A stretch of 64,000 bases of DNA. It comes from a virus. Position 1 is the first letter of the stretch. The number at the start of each line of letters is the position of its first letter. Positions 28,712 to 37,217 of this stretch are shown piece after piece. Both the position numbers and the translations under genes were made by a program. The stretch lies in IMG/VR virus record IMGVR_UViG_3300034418_009484, positions 28,393-92,392 of that record, one strand, 5' to 3'. The notes under the pieces are model-generated. The model was not told the DNA's origin. It saw only the letters and a program-made list of their open reading frames with translations, and searched no databases.

Positions 28712-29032
28712 CTATTTTTCTTTTTTACTACCAGTTACACTATTATTATTTGCTAATGTAGTTACAATGCTTGTCATAATATCAATTTTAGAATTCAAGT
28801 TTGATTCTAATCTATCAATTTTCTGTTCAATCTTGTTATCAAAAGTATCTAGTTTTCTCTCCATAACATCCAATCTACGATTAATTTCGGCATTAACCTT
28901 TTCTTCCAATACCGTCAATTGTTTATTATGAGATACCACTGTTTTTAATAACCATACTATTACAGGTAAAAAAACAAGAGCAGCAATTTCCAATAGTATT
29001 TTAATAGTATCTAAAAAGCTGTTATCTAGCAT
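28712..29032 (-). CDS. TM + coiled-coil protein
   Basis: IAALVFLPVIVWLL TM segment followed by heptad-like repeats. Confidence 0.65.
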   Translation of the reverse strand: MLDNSFLDTIKILLEIAALVFLPVIVWLLKTVVSHNKQLTVLEEKVNAEINRRLDVMERKLDTFDNKIEQKIDRLESNLNSKIDIMTSIVTTLANNNSVTGSKKEK

Positions 29033-29064
29033 AATATCTCCTGCTATTGCTATAAGAGAATTAA

Positions 29065-29658
29065 TTACCAGTTAGTTTTTGCTTTATATTCATCTTGAAC
29101 TGGGTCTGGGCTACCATCCCTATAGACTAATTCGCCTGGAATAGCCTGCGATGGATTAGCAGAGTTATCTGTTCCAGAGGTAGCGAGTGTTGCTGATGTA
29201 TCTCCAGTAAGTGAGATATCCCATCCGCCTGCATCGCCTACAGTAACAGCAGGACTAAATACTCCTGAGTATTCATTCCAACCACCTGTTCTAACAGCAG
29301 TCTTATAATAGTAAGTGCTAATATTTTGCATTTGATGAATAGAATCACTAGCATTAGCCGAATTTGAAGCGCCTGCAAGTAATACATTATTTGAAACGCC
29401 AGCAAGGTCGGTTGTTACTCTTACAATAACTTGATCTCCAGCATTAAAAGCACCACCAGCAAGTGGAGATTCAACATCTGAAAGACCAGAAACAACAGTA
29501 ATATAAGTTGATCGACCTAAATTTACTGCATCTGAAACAAATTTTGTATCTGTAACTGTACCAGCCGCTCTAATCGTTCCAACGTCATTGTTTCCGCTAG
29601 AAGGTAAACCATTAACCAACACATCATCTGCGCCAGTTGAAATATTCCAATTTGACAT
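29065..29658 (-). CDS. Hypothetical G/S/T/A-rich protein, possibly virion-associated
   Basis: Composition differs from neighbours (low Lys); likely start at MSNWN. Confidence 0.55.
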   Translation of the reverse strand: MSNWNISTGADDVLVNGLPSSGNNDVGTIRAAGTVTDTKFVSDAVNLGRSTYITVVSGLSDVESPLAGGAFNAGDQVIVRVTTDLAGVSNNVLLAGASNSANASDSIHQMQNISTYYYKTAVRTGGWNEYSGVFSPAVTVGDAGGWDISLTGDTSATLATSGTDNSANPSQAIPGELVYRDGSPDPVQDEYKAKTNW

Positions 29659-29720
29659 AATAAAACCCTTTATCAAATTGATTTTAAATTCCTAAAGATC
29701 CAACAAATAAAATCCTATCC

Positions 29721-30350
29721 TTAATTATAATTACACCAAAAGTCTATATTGTATATTCTAATACCAAATATATTACTTCTTTTTAAGATATTTACTTGTT
29801 GTTCATTCCAAAAATAACCATTAAAAATAGTATTAATATTAACTTTTTTTTCAATTATTTTGCAGTTTATTAAAGTATCTACGAATTGTTCATGATGATA
29901 ACCTATGGTTGGATAACAAAATTCAATTCCTAAATCGTTTAAATATTTTGCTGTTCCAACTATATCTTTACTAAGCCTATTGTCTATAAAAACTCTGAGA
30001 GTAGCATTATAATCTCTACAAATATTTATTGCTGATTTTATTTCTTTTTCTAACTCTTTATGCTTTGATTGAAAAAGATAATTATTCATAACATAGTCAA
30101 TTGATTTTACCCCTCCTTTTACAGCATTTAATACAGAATGATTTTTTGTTTTTGTTGATGAATATCCAGATGGATAATCAATAGGCACGGAACAAACAAC
30201 TGCTTCTGGTATAAAATTCTTAATTTCATGATACATATGTATAGGCAGACATACACCATTGACATTACTATCAATAGCTTTAAATACGAAAGAGAGTTCT
30301 TTGTTATAATCTTCTATGTTTTTATTATAAACACAATATTCAATATACAT
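29721..30350 (-). CDS. Deoxyribose-phosphate aldolase (DeoC)-like protein, apparently degenerate
   Basis: VCLP, PIDYPSG..TKTK, AVKGG..IDYVMN, LRVFID; the KTSTG Schiff-base Lys is not present (YPTIG). Confidence 0.65.
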   Translation of the reverse strand: MYIEYCVYNKNIEDYNKELSFVFKAIDSNVNGVCLPIHMYHEIKNFIPEAVVCSVPIDYPSGYSSTKTKNHSVLNAVKGGVKSIDYVMNNYLFQSKHKELEKEIKSAINICRDYNATLRVFIDNRLSKDIVGTAKYLNDLGIEFCYPTIGYHHEQFVDTLINCKIIEKKVNINTIFNGYFWNEQQVNILKRSNIFGIRIYNIDFWCNYN

Positions 30351-30958
30351 TATTTTACAATACCATCAATAAATCCATAATAAATAGCATCTTCTGGAGT
30401 CATATACCAGTCTCCATTATTCATCTTTCTTTTCAGATATGCTTTAGTTTTAGCTAAGTTATATCCTCTTTCTTTAAAGAACTGTCCCTTTTGAGATTTT
30501 TCTGAATAAATAGCTATCATTACTGACCCTAGATGTTTTTCAAAAGAGGCTAGATTTTGAGAACTTAGATAATGACCTCCTATGTCACTATTTCCCCAAT
30601 GAACCATAAACGCAGAATTTTTAGTTAAAAGTCTTTTGTTTGCAGCTTGCATTATTATAGTACCCATAGAACAAACCTGAGAATATCCTATAATCGTTGT
30701 TTTACACTTTGAATTTTTTATTGCATCATATATTCCCATTCCAGAATACCAGCACCCTCCAACAGTTTGCAAGTGTATTGTTATAGGCTCTTTGTTTTGA
30801 CCTTTAAGGAAATTTATATTCTTGACAAAGTTTTGAACCATTCTGTGGTCTACACCACCAGATTCTCCAGAATCATCGAATTCATTTATATAGATCTCCC
30901 TATTTTTTACATCTATTCCATAAAGATGCAGTTCGCTTACGGTATCTCTCTGATTCAT
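30350..30958 (-). CDS. clpP: ClpP-family serine protease
   Basis: TVGG, GIYDAI, CSMG (Ser), FMVH (His), DWYMTPEDAIYYGFIDGI (Asp). Confidence 0.88.
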   Translation of the reverse strand: MNQRDTVSELHLYGIDVKNREIYINEFDDSGESGGVDHRMVQNFVKNINFLKGQNKEPITIHLQTVGGCWYSGMGIYDAIKNSKCKTTIIGYSQVCSMGTIIMQAANKRLLTKNSAFMVHWGNSDIGGHYLSSQNLASFEKHLGSVMIAIYSEKSQKGQFFKERGYNLAKTKAYLKRKMNNGDWYMTPEDAIYYGFIDGIVK

Positions 30959-30969
30959 TATATCACCTA

Positions 30970-31428
30970 TTAGTTTGAAACAGAATCAATCAATGCCTTC
31001 TTTACTCCGTTCATTATTTCTCTATCTTCAAACATCATTCCAATCCCTAATCTAAATCTATAAGGCGTTAATATATCAATTGACTCTACACCTTTACAAT
31101 TTTCTATAATTTCATAATGTTTTTCTAATAATTTAAAATTACAATGTCCTACCCATAATTTAAAATGATTACTAGCCAAACTTTGTTCTGTTATAGGAAG
31201 TATCCCAAAAGGAGTCATTATTGTTTTATAAGGTTGCTCATAAAAATCTTCAATTAATTCTTCTTCTAAAAATTCTTCTTTAAATTCTTCAACAGTTTCC
31301 CTATATTTTTGTTTTACCTTTTCTGCTTCTTCATTATTATAAGCATCTACCCATGCTGACCAATAAATATCATAAGTATTAGGTTCTGGCAATGAAGAAA
31401 AATCGTTTTTTGCCATAACTGTCTCCAA
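30970..31428 (-). CDS. Hypothetical protein
   Basis: WVGHCNF..GVESIDILTPYRF; GGAG RBS suggests start at MAKND. Confidence 0.6.
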   Translation of the reverse strand: METVMAKNDFSSLPEPNTYDIYWSAWVDAYNNEEAEKVKQKYRETVEEFKEEFLEEELIEDFYEQPYKTIMTPFGILPITEQSLASNHFKLWVGHCNFKLLEKHYEIIENCKGVESIDILTPYRFRLGIGMMFEDREIMNGVKKALIDSVSN

Positions 31429-31472
31429 TTTTAAGTTAATAATAGTTATTACTAATGTAAATACACTAAATT

Positions 31473-31880
31473 TTACTTCATATCTTTAAAATTAAAAACC
31501 ATAGAAGCGTTAACAGCAACTTTATTTTTATCATTTCTAGATATATCATTTAGGTTTTCTAAACACAAAGCAATTTTTTGATTATAAATTAATCTCTCTT
31601 CATCATCGGAAGCCCATTCTTCAATAGAGTTTGAAATAAAAGAATTTAAATTGCCCTCGCTTATGTGCAATATAATAAAAGATAAAACTTCGGCAGATTT
31701 ATCAGAAAGGTCTTTTATATCAGACTCAACAAGAAAACTACCATCTTCTGCATCAAATTTTATTGATATTTGACCACTTTCATAAGAGCATTCTTCTTCT
31801 TGCTCTTCTTGTTCTTCTTGAACTATTTCTTTATTGTTAAAAAAAGATATGTTAAATATTTTATTAATAAAACTTTTCAT
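31473..31880 (-). CDS. Hypothetical acidic protein
   Basis: 135-aa ORF following guaC. Confidence 0.55.
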   Translation of the reverse strand: MKSFINKIFNISFFNNKEIVQEEQEEQEEECSYESGQISIKFDAEDGSFLVESDIKDLSDKSAEVLSFIILHISEGNLNSFISNSIEEWASDDEERLIYNQKIALCLENLNDISRNDKNKVAVNASMVFNFKDMK

Positions 31881-31882
31881 TT

Positions 31883-32950
31883 TTAAGTTGAACCATCAAA
31901 ATGAGTACGATTTACCATAACTGCTTTAGAGCATTTTGACAAATCTTTTAGCGATGTTGCTCCAAGGTAGGCGCAACAACTTCTAAGTCCACCACATATT
32001 TCATTCATTATATTTTTAACTGGTCCTTTATATGCAATTTTTTTAACCCTCCCCTCGCTTGCTTTATAATTAGCCATACCTCCATTATGTTTGTTCTGGG
32101 CTTTTTCTGAGGACATACCATAGAAAATCAAGCTTTTCTTTTCTAAGTTGGGCAAATATTCCCACTCACCTTCGCACTCGTCTGCTCCTGCCAGCATACC
32201 ACCAAGCATGACAAAATCTGAATTGGCAGCAAATGCCTTACAAACATCTGCCGGTATTCTACATCCTCCATCAGCACATATTAATCCCATTCTTTTCTCA
32301 TCGCTTTTCAATCCATGAGCGGCATGACTACACTCTATTATAGCAGACAATTGAGGATATCCGACACCAGTTTTTAGTCTAGTAGTACAGGCTGATCCTG
32401 GCCCAATCCCAACTTTAACAATATCAACACCTCCATGCAGAATTAATTCGGAAACCATCTCTGGAGTACAAACATTTCCAGCCATAATAATCGGCTTAGA
32501 ACCATAATCAAATGAATTCCTTACATCTGAACACCATTCAACAAATTTTTCTGTATATCCGTTCGCAATATCAATGCAGATATTTGGACACCATCCCAAC
32601 TTATAAACTACTTCATTAACTTTTACTAGATCTTCTTTTTTCATCCCTATGCTCATCCAAACATTTGAACAGCAATCAGAATATTCATAAAAAGAAAGTA
32701 TTTTTTCAGCAGTATAATGTTTATGTAAACAAGTTATTGCATTAAAATTCAACAATTCGGAACCCATTGAAAAAGTTCCAGTAGTATCCATATTGGCTGC
32801 CATGATTGGCAAACCATTCCATTCTTTGTTTGAATGAAAAAATTTATATGTTCTGTCAAGTTTTACATCTTTTCTGGATGCATTCGGACTTCTACTTGGA
32901 ACCAATAGAATATCATCAAAATCTAATTTTATATCGTTTGAAATTTTCAT
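31883..32950 (-). CDS. guaC: GMP reductase
   Basis: KLDFDDILL, ANMDTTGT, DIANGY, KVGIGPGSACTTRLKTGVGYPQLSA, FYGMSS, ASEGR. Confidence 0.93.
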   Translation of the reverse strand: MKISNDIKLDFDDILLVPSRSPNASRKDVKLDRTYKFFHSNKEWNGLPIMAANMDTTGTFSMGSELLNFNAITCLHKHYTAEKILSFYEYSDCCSNVWMSIGMKKEDLVKVNEVVYKLGWCPNICIDIANGYTEKFVEWCSDVRNSFDYGSKPIIMAGNVCTPEMVSELILHGGVDIVKVGIGPGSACTTRLKTGVGYPQLSAIIECSHAAHGLKSDEKRMGLICADGGCRIPADVCKAFAANSDFVMLGGMLAGADECEGEWEYLPNLEKKSLIFYGMSSEKAQNKHNGGMANYKASEGRVKKIAYKGPVKNIMNEICGGLRSCCAYLGATSLKDLSKCSKAVMVNRTHFDGST

Positions 32951-33504
32951 TATTGTCCAGAACTCCCAAATCCTTTTTTGCCTCTATCGCTATTAGAAAG
33001 CTCATCTACCTCGACTAAATGAATGTCTGGAACTCTTTGAAATAAAATTTGAGCTATTCTATCTCCTTTTTTTATTGTAACACTTGGATCGTTTTCATCA
33101 GCAAACAATTGTAATTGGTTATTTGTATTGTACAGACATACCATTATTTCGCCTCTATACCCAGAGTCAACAACTCCTGCTAGTACATCAAGACCCTTTT
33201 TTACAGAAAGTCCAGATCTAGGCCAAATCAAACCAACCCATTCGTCTGGTATTTGTAACGATATTCCAGTCTTAACTATTTTTCTTTGACCTCCAGCAAT
33301 AACAACATCTTCTGTTGAATACAAATCCCATCCAGCATCAGATAGATTTGATCTAGTTGGCATCTTAGATTCTTTTGATAATAATTTTGCCCTAACTTTT
33401 CTAGAAAATTCATTAGCACCACTATCTATTCTTTTTAATTTATTAAGCATTTTAATGCTTTCATTCAATTGTTTTAGTCTCGCGTCATTATCTGGATGAT
33501 TCAT
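32950..33504 (-). CDS. dut: Trimeric dUTPase
   Basis: AGWDL, PRSGLS, GVVDSGYRGEI, GDRIAQ, RGKKGFGSSG. Confidence 0.95.
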   Translation of the reverse strand: MNHPDNDARLKQLNESIKMLNKLKRIDSGANEFSRKVRAKLLSKESKMPTRSNLSDAGWDLYSTEDVVIAGGQRKIVKTGISLQIPDEWVGLIWPRSGLSVKKGLDVLAGVVDSGYRGEIMVCLYNTNNQLQLFADENDPSVTIKKGDRIAQILFQRVPDIHLVEVDELSNSDRGKKGFGSSGQ

Positions 33505-33507
33505 ATA

Positions 33508-34590
33508 TTATTCTCCAAAAATTATTTTTTTAACTTTATCGCTAGAATTTTTCCAAGACAATTCTTTGGAAGTTTCTATTCCATGTTGATTTACTTTAAA
33601 AGGGTTGTCTTTCCAAGAATTATACTCTGTTTTAAATGCATTAACTAATTGCTCATAAGAATTTCCTTCTAAGGATGCCCATGTTCCGTTATCTCCTATA
33701 AACCATTTTCCATCATAAATAGATTCTTCTTGTTCTATATCTATAAGATTACAATTTTGATTATTGCAAAATTCAGTATGAGCAGAATAATTCGTTGTAA
33801 TTATTTGTTTACCCATAGCCATCATTTCTAAAATTTCTAGATTCCAACCTTCTGATCTTGCTGGAAAAACACCACAATAAACATTAGATATTATATCAGC
33901 CAGTTCTTCTTGCCATTGTACCCTTGGTATTAATTTAATTCTATCTTCTCTATATTTAGATTCCCAATAGCCTTTTTCTTCTTGATTTAGAAATGGATTT
34001 TCTGTCATCATCCATAGTTCAACATCGTGGTTCATTGGAAAAGCATCTTTAAAAGCCCCGCATAAAACGTCATGACCTTTTCTTACTTCCCATTTACCGC
34101 AATTAAAGAAAATGCATTTAGAGGTATTTGGTTTATTTAATTGTTCATTGAAGATATTCCTATCAACACCGCAAGGAACAACATGCACATAAGAACCTAC
34201 ATATTTATCAACTATTTCTTTAGCCCATTTTGATGATACAATAATTTCATCCGCAGATTGCAAATGACTTCTTCTTCTATTATCAAATTTATTTACTTCA
34301 AAAAAAGGCCAAGCAACAAACTTTCCTTTTCCAATCCTATCTGCCAATTGATTTTCATGCCAGATTTTTAATGTTGGTAGAGTAGCGTCAAATAGGTCTT
34401 GCTTTTGTATTGAATCTTGCAGAAAAAACTTTTCACTATCTTGGATTAAGCATGGAGGTGAAACTTGATTAGCTATTGGAAACAATGTTGTATCAACATC
34501 TGGATCTGAATTTAGACTTTTCCATATATTGTATCCTACGACTCCATACCCTAAACTGTTTATAGGTGCATTTAAATTTAACTTATTCAT
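33508..34590 (-). CDS. Glycosyltransferase family 4
   Basis: LGYG, GKWEVRKGHD, SEGWNLEILEMMAMGK. Confidence 0.88.
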   Translation of the reverse strand: MNKLNLNAPINSLGYGVVGYNIWKSLNSDPDVDTTLFPIANQVSPPCLIQDSEKFFLQDSIQKQDLFDATLPTLKIWHENQLADRIGKGKFVAWPFFEVNKFDNRRRSHLQSADEIIVSSKWAKEIVDKYVGSYVHVVPCGVDRNIFNEQLNKPNTSKCIFFNCGKWEVRKGHDVLCGAFKDAFPMNHDVELWMMTENPFLNQEEKGYWESKYREDRIKLIPRVQWQEELADIISNVYCGVFPARSEGWNLEILEMMAMGKQIITTNYSAHTEFCNNQNCNLIDIEQEESIYDGKWFIGDNGTWASLEGNSYEQLVNAFKTEYNSWKDNPFKVNQHGIETSKELSWKNSSDKVKKIIFGE

Positions 34591-34644
34591 TTATTTCCTA
34601 ATAAAAAAAGATGCAATAAAAATTGCTATTGCTAATTCAATCAT
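34591..34644 (-). CDS. 17-aa hydrophobic peptide MIELAIAIFIASFFIRK
   Basis: GGAG RBS upstream; TAA abuts the ATG of the GT4 gene; not in the ORF track. Confidence 0.45.
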   Translation of the reverse strand: MIELAIAIFIASFFIRK

Positions 34645-34653
34645 AGTTGCTCC

Positions 34654-34688
34654 AAAAAAAAATCCATGTGAACATTAGCCCACATGGA
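34654..34688 (-). terminator. Intrinsic terminator
   Basis: TCCATGTGGGC-TAAT-GTTCACATGGA followed by a T-tract on the minus strand. Confidence 0.85.
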
Positions 34689-34717
34689 ATTATACTTTAG
34701 GATTCTGAATTATGGAC

Positions 34718-35125
34718 TTAATTTTTAAGCCATTCTTTCATAAAAGAAGCATTTTTTGAACCAATGAATCTTTTAATTTCGTTCCATCTTTTTAATTTCT
34801 CACTCCATGAATATTTAACAACTAAAGGAATAGTTGTTGGCTTTGAGTAGTCTATCCACATTTTAGTTGTTTTATCTTTTTTTTCAATATCTAAAATGTA
34901 GTATTTAATTTTTTCCGACTCTACATACTCTTTCATTTCTTGAGATTTCATAATATTTTTTAATTGCCTACATGGACCACACCAGTCTGCACTAAATTGA
35001 ATTACTATCTCTTTTTTAATATCTTTTGAGTTTACTGGTTGTTCAGCACAACCTTTTTTACAGTTATTCCCACCACAACATGCCATGATTAATATCCCTA
35101 GAATCATTAATTTTTTTTTGAACAT
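34718..35125 (-). CDS. Exported thioredoxin-like protein (possible lipoprotein)
   Basis: FSADWCGPC; N-terminal KKK-hydrophobic-MAC signal. Confidence 0.8.
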   Translation of the reverse strand: MFKKKLMILGILIMACCGGNNCKKGCAEQPVNSKDIKKEIVIQFSADWCGPCRQLKNIMKSQEMKEYVESEKIKYYILDIEKKDKTTKMWIDYSKPTTIPLVVKYSWSEKLKRWNEIKRFIGSKNASFMKEWLKN

Positions 35126-35126
35126 T

Positions 35127-35324
35127 TTACTTGCTCTTGTAAGGACAATGTTTACAATTATTATTACAACATTTTCCTCTTGACTTCAAGAACTTTTCCG
35201 TAAATACAACTTTATTATCTACTATGTAGTAGTCTATATTTTCAATAAGCTTTTTATTATCTTGGACCTTGTTGACCATTATAAAAATTAAATGTTTGAA
35301 CTTGAGGAATGTGATAAAAACCAT
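35127..35324 (-). CDS. DUF5522-like Cys-rich small protein (true start probably ~35276)
   Basis: DYYI..VVFTEKFLKSRGKCCNNNCKHCPY. Confidence 0.7.
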   Translation of the reverse strand: MVFITFLKFKHLIFIMVNKVQDNKKLIENIDYYIVDNKVVFTEKFLKSRGKCCNNNCKHCPYKSK

Positions 35325-35547
35325 AATTTATTCCCATTCTAACATGCCTTCTATATGGATCAACATATACAGGACCGACATTCAAAGATGTTCCTTGAGG
35401 CAACCAAACAACATAAGGTTGATAATAAACCCTGGGAGGATTATATCTGTAGTCATGGGGATGCTGATGATTTTGCCAAGGCCAATGAGCCTCTGCTGTA
35501 GCAGCAAATAATAAAACGCCTAATAAACCAATAATTAAATTTCTCAT
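35257..35547 (-). CDS. Small secreted protein
   Basis: Sec signal ending AEA; YQPYVVWLPQGTSLNV..RRHVR motif. Confidence 0.65.
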   Translation of the reverse strand: MRNLIIGLLGVLLFAATAEAHWPWQNHQHPHDYRYNPPRVYYQPYVVWLPQGTSLNVGPVYVDPYRRHVRMGINYGFYHIPQVQTFNFYNGQQGPR

Positions 35548-36773
35548 ACAATCTCCTTTAAAATGTTTTTAGAATCTTCCTTGACTATATCATGCGGACG
35601 ACCATCAACGCCAGTCCATCTTGTTTTCTTTTCCATATCTAAATGGTCAAATATTGTCCAGGCTAAATCCTCTGGTGTACAATGACCACTTTCTGCCTCA
35701 TCTGCATTTCCATTTGAAGCACCAATAGTTCTACCCATTTCGTAACTACCACAACTAATCATTAGTGGTGCAAGTTTTCCAAAATGATCTCTACCTTGGT
35801 TTTGATTTACTTTTGGAGTTCTTCCAAACTCAGAAGTCACGATAAGCATTACACGCTCGTACATACCTCTATGTTCTAATAAATCCATAACTTTACAAAG
35901 ATAGGCATCTAATTCTTTTTGTCTAGTTTCTAATGAAGCACCTATATTTTGATGCATGTCCCAGCCACCCATATTAAGCGTTACAAATTTAGAACCTGCT
36001 TCCAATAGACGGATCGCAGTTAAACAATCAGTTCCAAAACTTGTAGCCTTAAAACGGTCATAATGACTGTCTTCTTCTACTTTAAAAGCCTTTGAAGTAC
36101 TTCCTAATATAATATCAACAGACTGTTCTCTCAAATCTCTCCAATCTTTTGACATTTGTTGGTTTCTTCCAATAAATCCATTATCAATTACATTTAATGC
36201 ATGTAATCTTTTTCTAAAGTCATCACTCTTGCCAAGAAGTTGTAGGTCTTTTCTGCCTTCTCTGGTTGCGTCAAAACCCATATATTTACCACCCAACCAA
36301 GCGGCATCATCATGTTGTATTTCTCCCATTTTAATATATGTAGGCAGTCCATCATCTGTATTTGGACCATGATATTTTGCCATACAACTACCGTAACTGG
36401 GCCATTTTGAACTAGTACCAGCACCAAAATTAGCTTCTCCGGTTACTACCCAATGAACAGCAGATGCATGGTTCTGATCCCTATGACCGAACGCTCTAGG
36501 AATAGCTATTTTGTTGGTTCTGCTAGATAAATTCTCAAAAAGACCACCTAGCTCTATGCCTGCAACATTAGTTTTCCTAGCGCCTGTCACGCTTCTACGA
36601 TCAGCAGGAGCATATGGTATAGGATTAAAAGTTTCAATATGAGAAGCACCACCTCCGAGAAACAGGAATAGTACTGCGGGATCGTCTTTTTGTTTTTCTT
36701 CTGCATATGCTGCGCTTATGTTACCTACTAAAAAACCAGAAGTTCCACATTTAATAAAATCTCTTCTTTTCAT
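35544..36773 (-). CDS. DUF1501-family protein with Tat signal
   Basis: MKRRDFIK; LFLGGGASHIETF, GWDMH, SEFGRTPKVN..GRDH. Confidence 0.88.
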   Translation of the reverse strand: MKRRDFIKCGTSGFLVGNISAAYAEEKQKDDPAVLFLFLGGGASHIETFNPIPYAPADRRSVTGARKTNVAGIELGGLFENLSSRTNKIAIPRAFGHRDQNHASAVHWVVTGEANFGAGTSSKWPSYGSCMAKYHGPNTDDGLPTYIKMGEIQHDDAAWLGGKYMGFDATREGRKDLQLLGKSDDFRKRLHALNVIDNGFIGRNQQMSKDWRDLREQSVDIILGSTSKAFKVEEDSHYDRFKATSFGTDCLTAIRLLEAGSKFVTLNMGGWDMHQNIGASLETRQKELDAYLCKVMDLLEHRGMYERVMLIVTSEFGRTPKVNQNQGRDHFGKLAPLMISCGSYEMGRTIGASNGNADEAESGHCTPEDLAWTIFDHLDMEKKTRWTGVDGRPHDIVKEDSKNILKEIV

Positions 36774-37216
36774 CTAAACCATCTCCTTCTTATTGTCGTT
36801 CTTCTTTTTTTATTGTGGTCATCGTCATGTAGTTTTTGGAGTTGGTCAGTTGACAAAGTGTTTAAATACGATTTATCAAACTTATGATTAGCCCCAGCAA
36901 GGTGAGATATTAATGCCATTCTACTTTGTGCTTTATTCCAACTTCCGTTTACGTTCCACTTAGGATCGTAGTAACGGTTTTCATTGAGGTCGGTTTCGGC
37001 ATAGATGGTCGTGATTGCTTGCTCATCGCCCGCGAGAGTTTTCACCAATGTTTCACTGCAAACAGAGTCGGAATAATCAGACGCTTTAGCTAATTCCCAC
37101 TGGTCGCAAAACCACTGCTCGCTGAATTTGTATTCTTTTGATTCGCATTTTCTAGCTAAAGCAGCACCAAAGAAAGGTGCTGCTGCTAAAACCTTTATAA
37201 AATTTCTTCTTTCCAT
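36770..37216 (-). CDS. Tat-signal exported protein with His motif
   Basis: MERRNFIK; SHL..NH..LHDDDH; Arg-rich tail. Confidence 0.65.
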   Translation of the reverse strand: MERRNFIKVLAAAPFFGAALARKCESKEYKFSEQWFCDQWELAKASDYSDSVCSETLVKTLAGDEQAITTIYAETDLNENRYYDPKWNVNGSWNKAQSRMALISHLAGANHKFDKSYLNTLSTDQLQKLHDDDHNKKRRTTIRRRWFR

Positions 37217-37217
37217 A

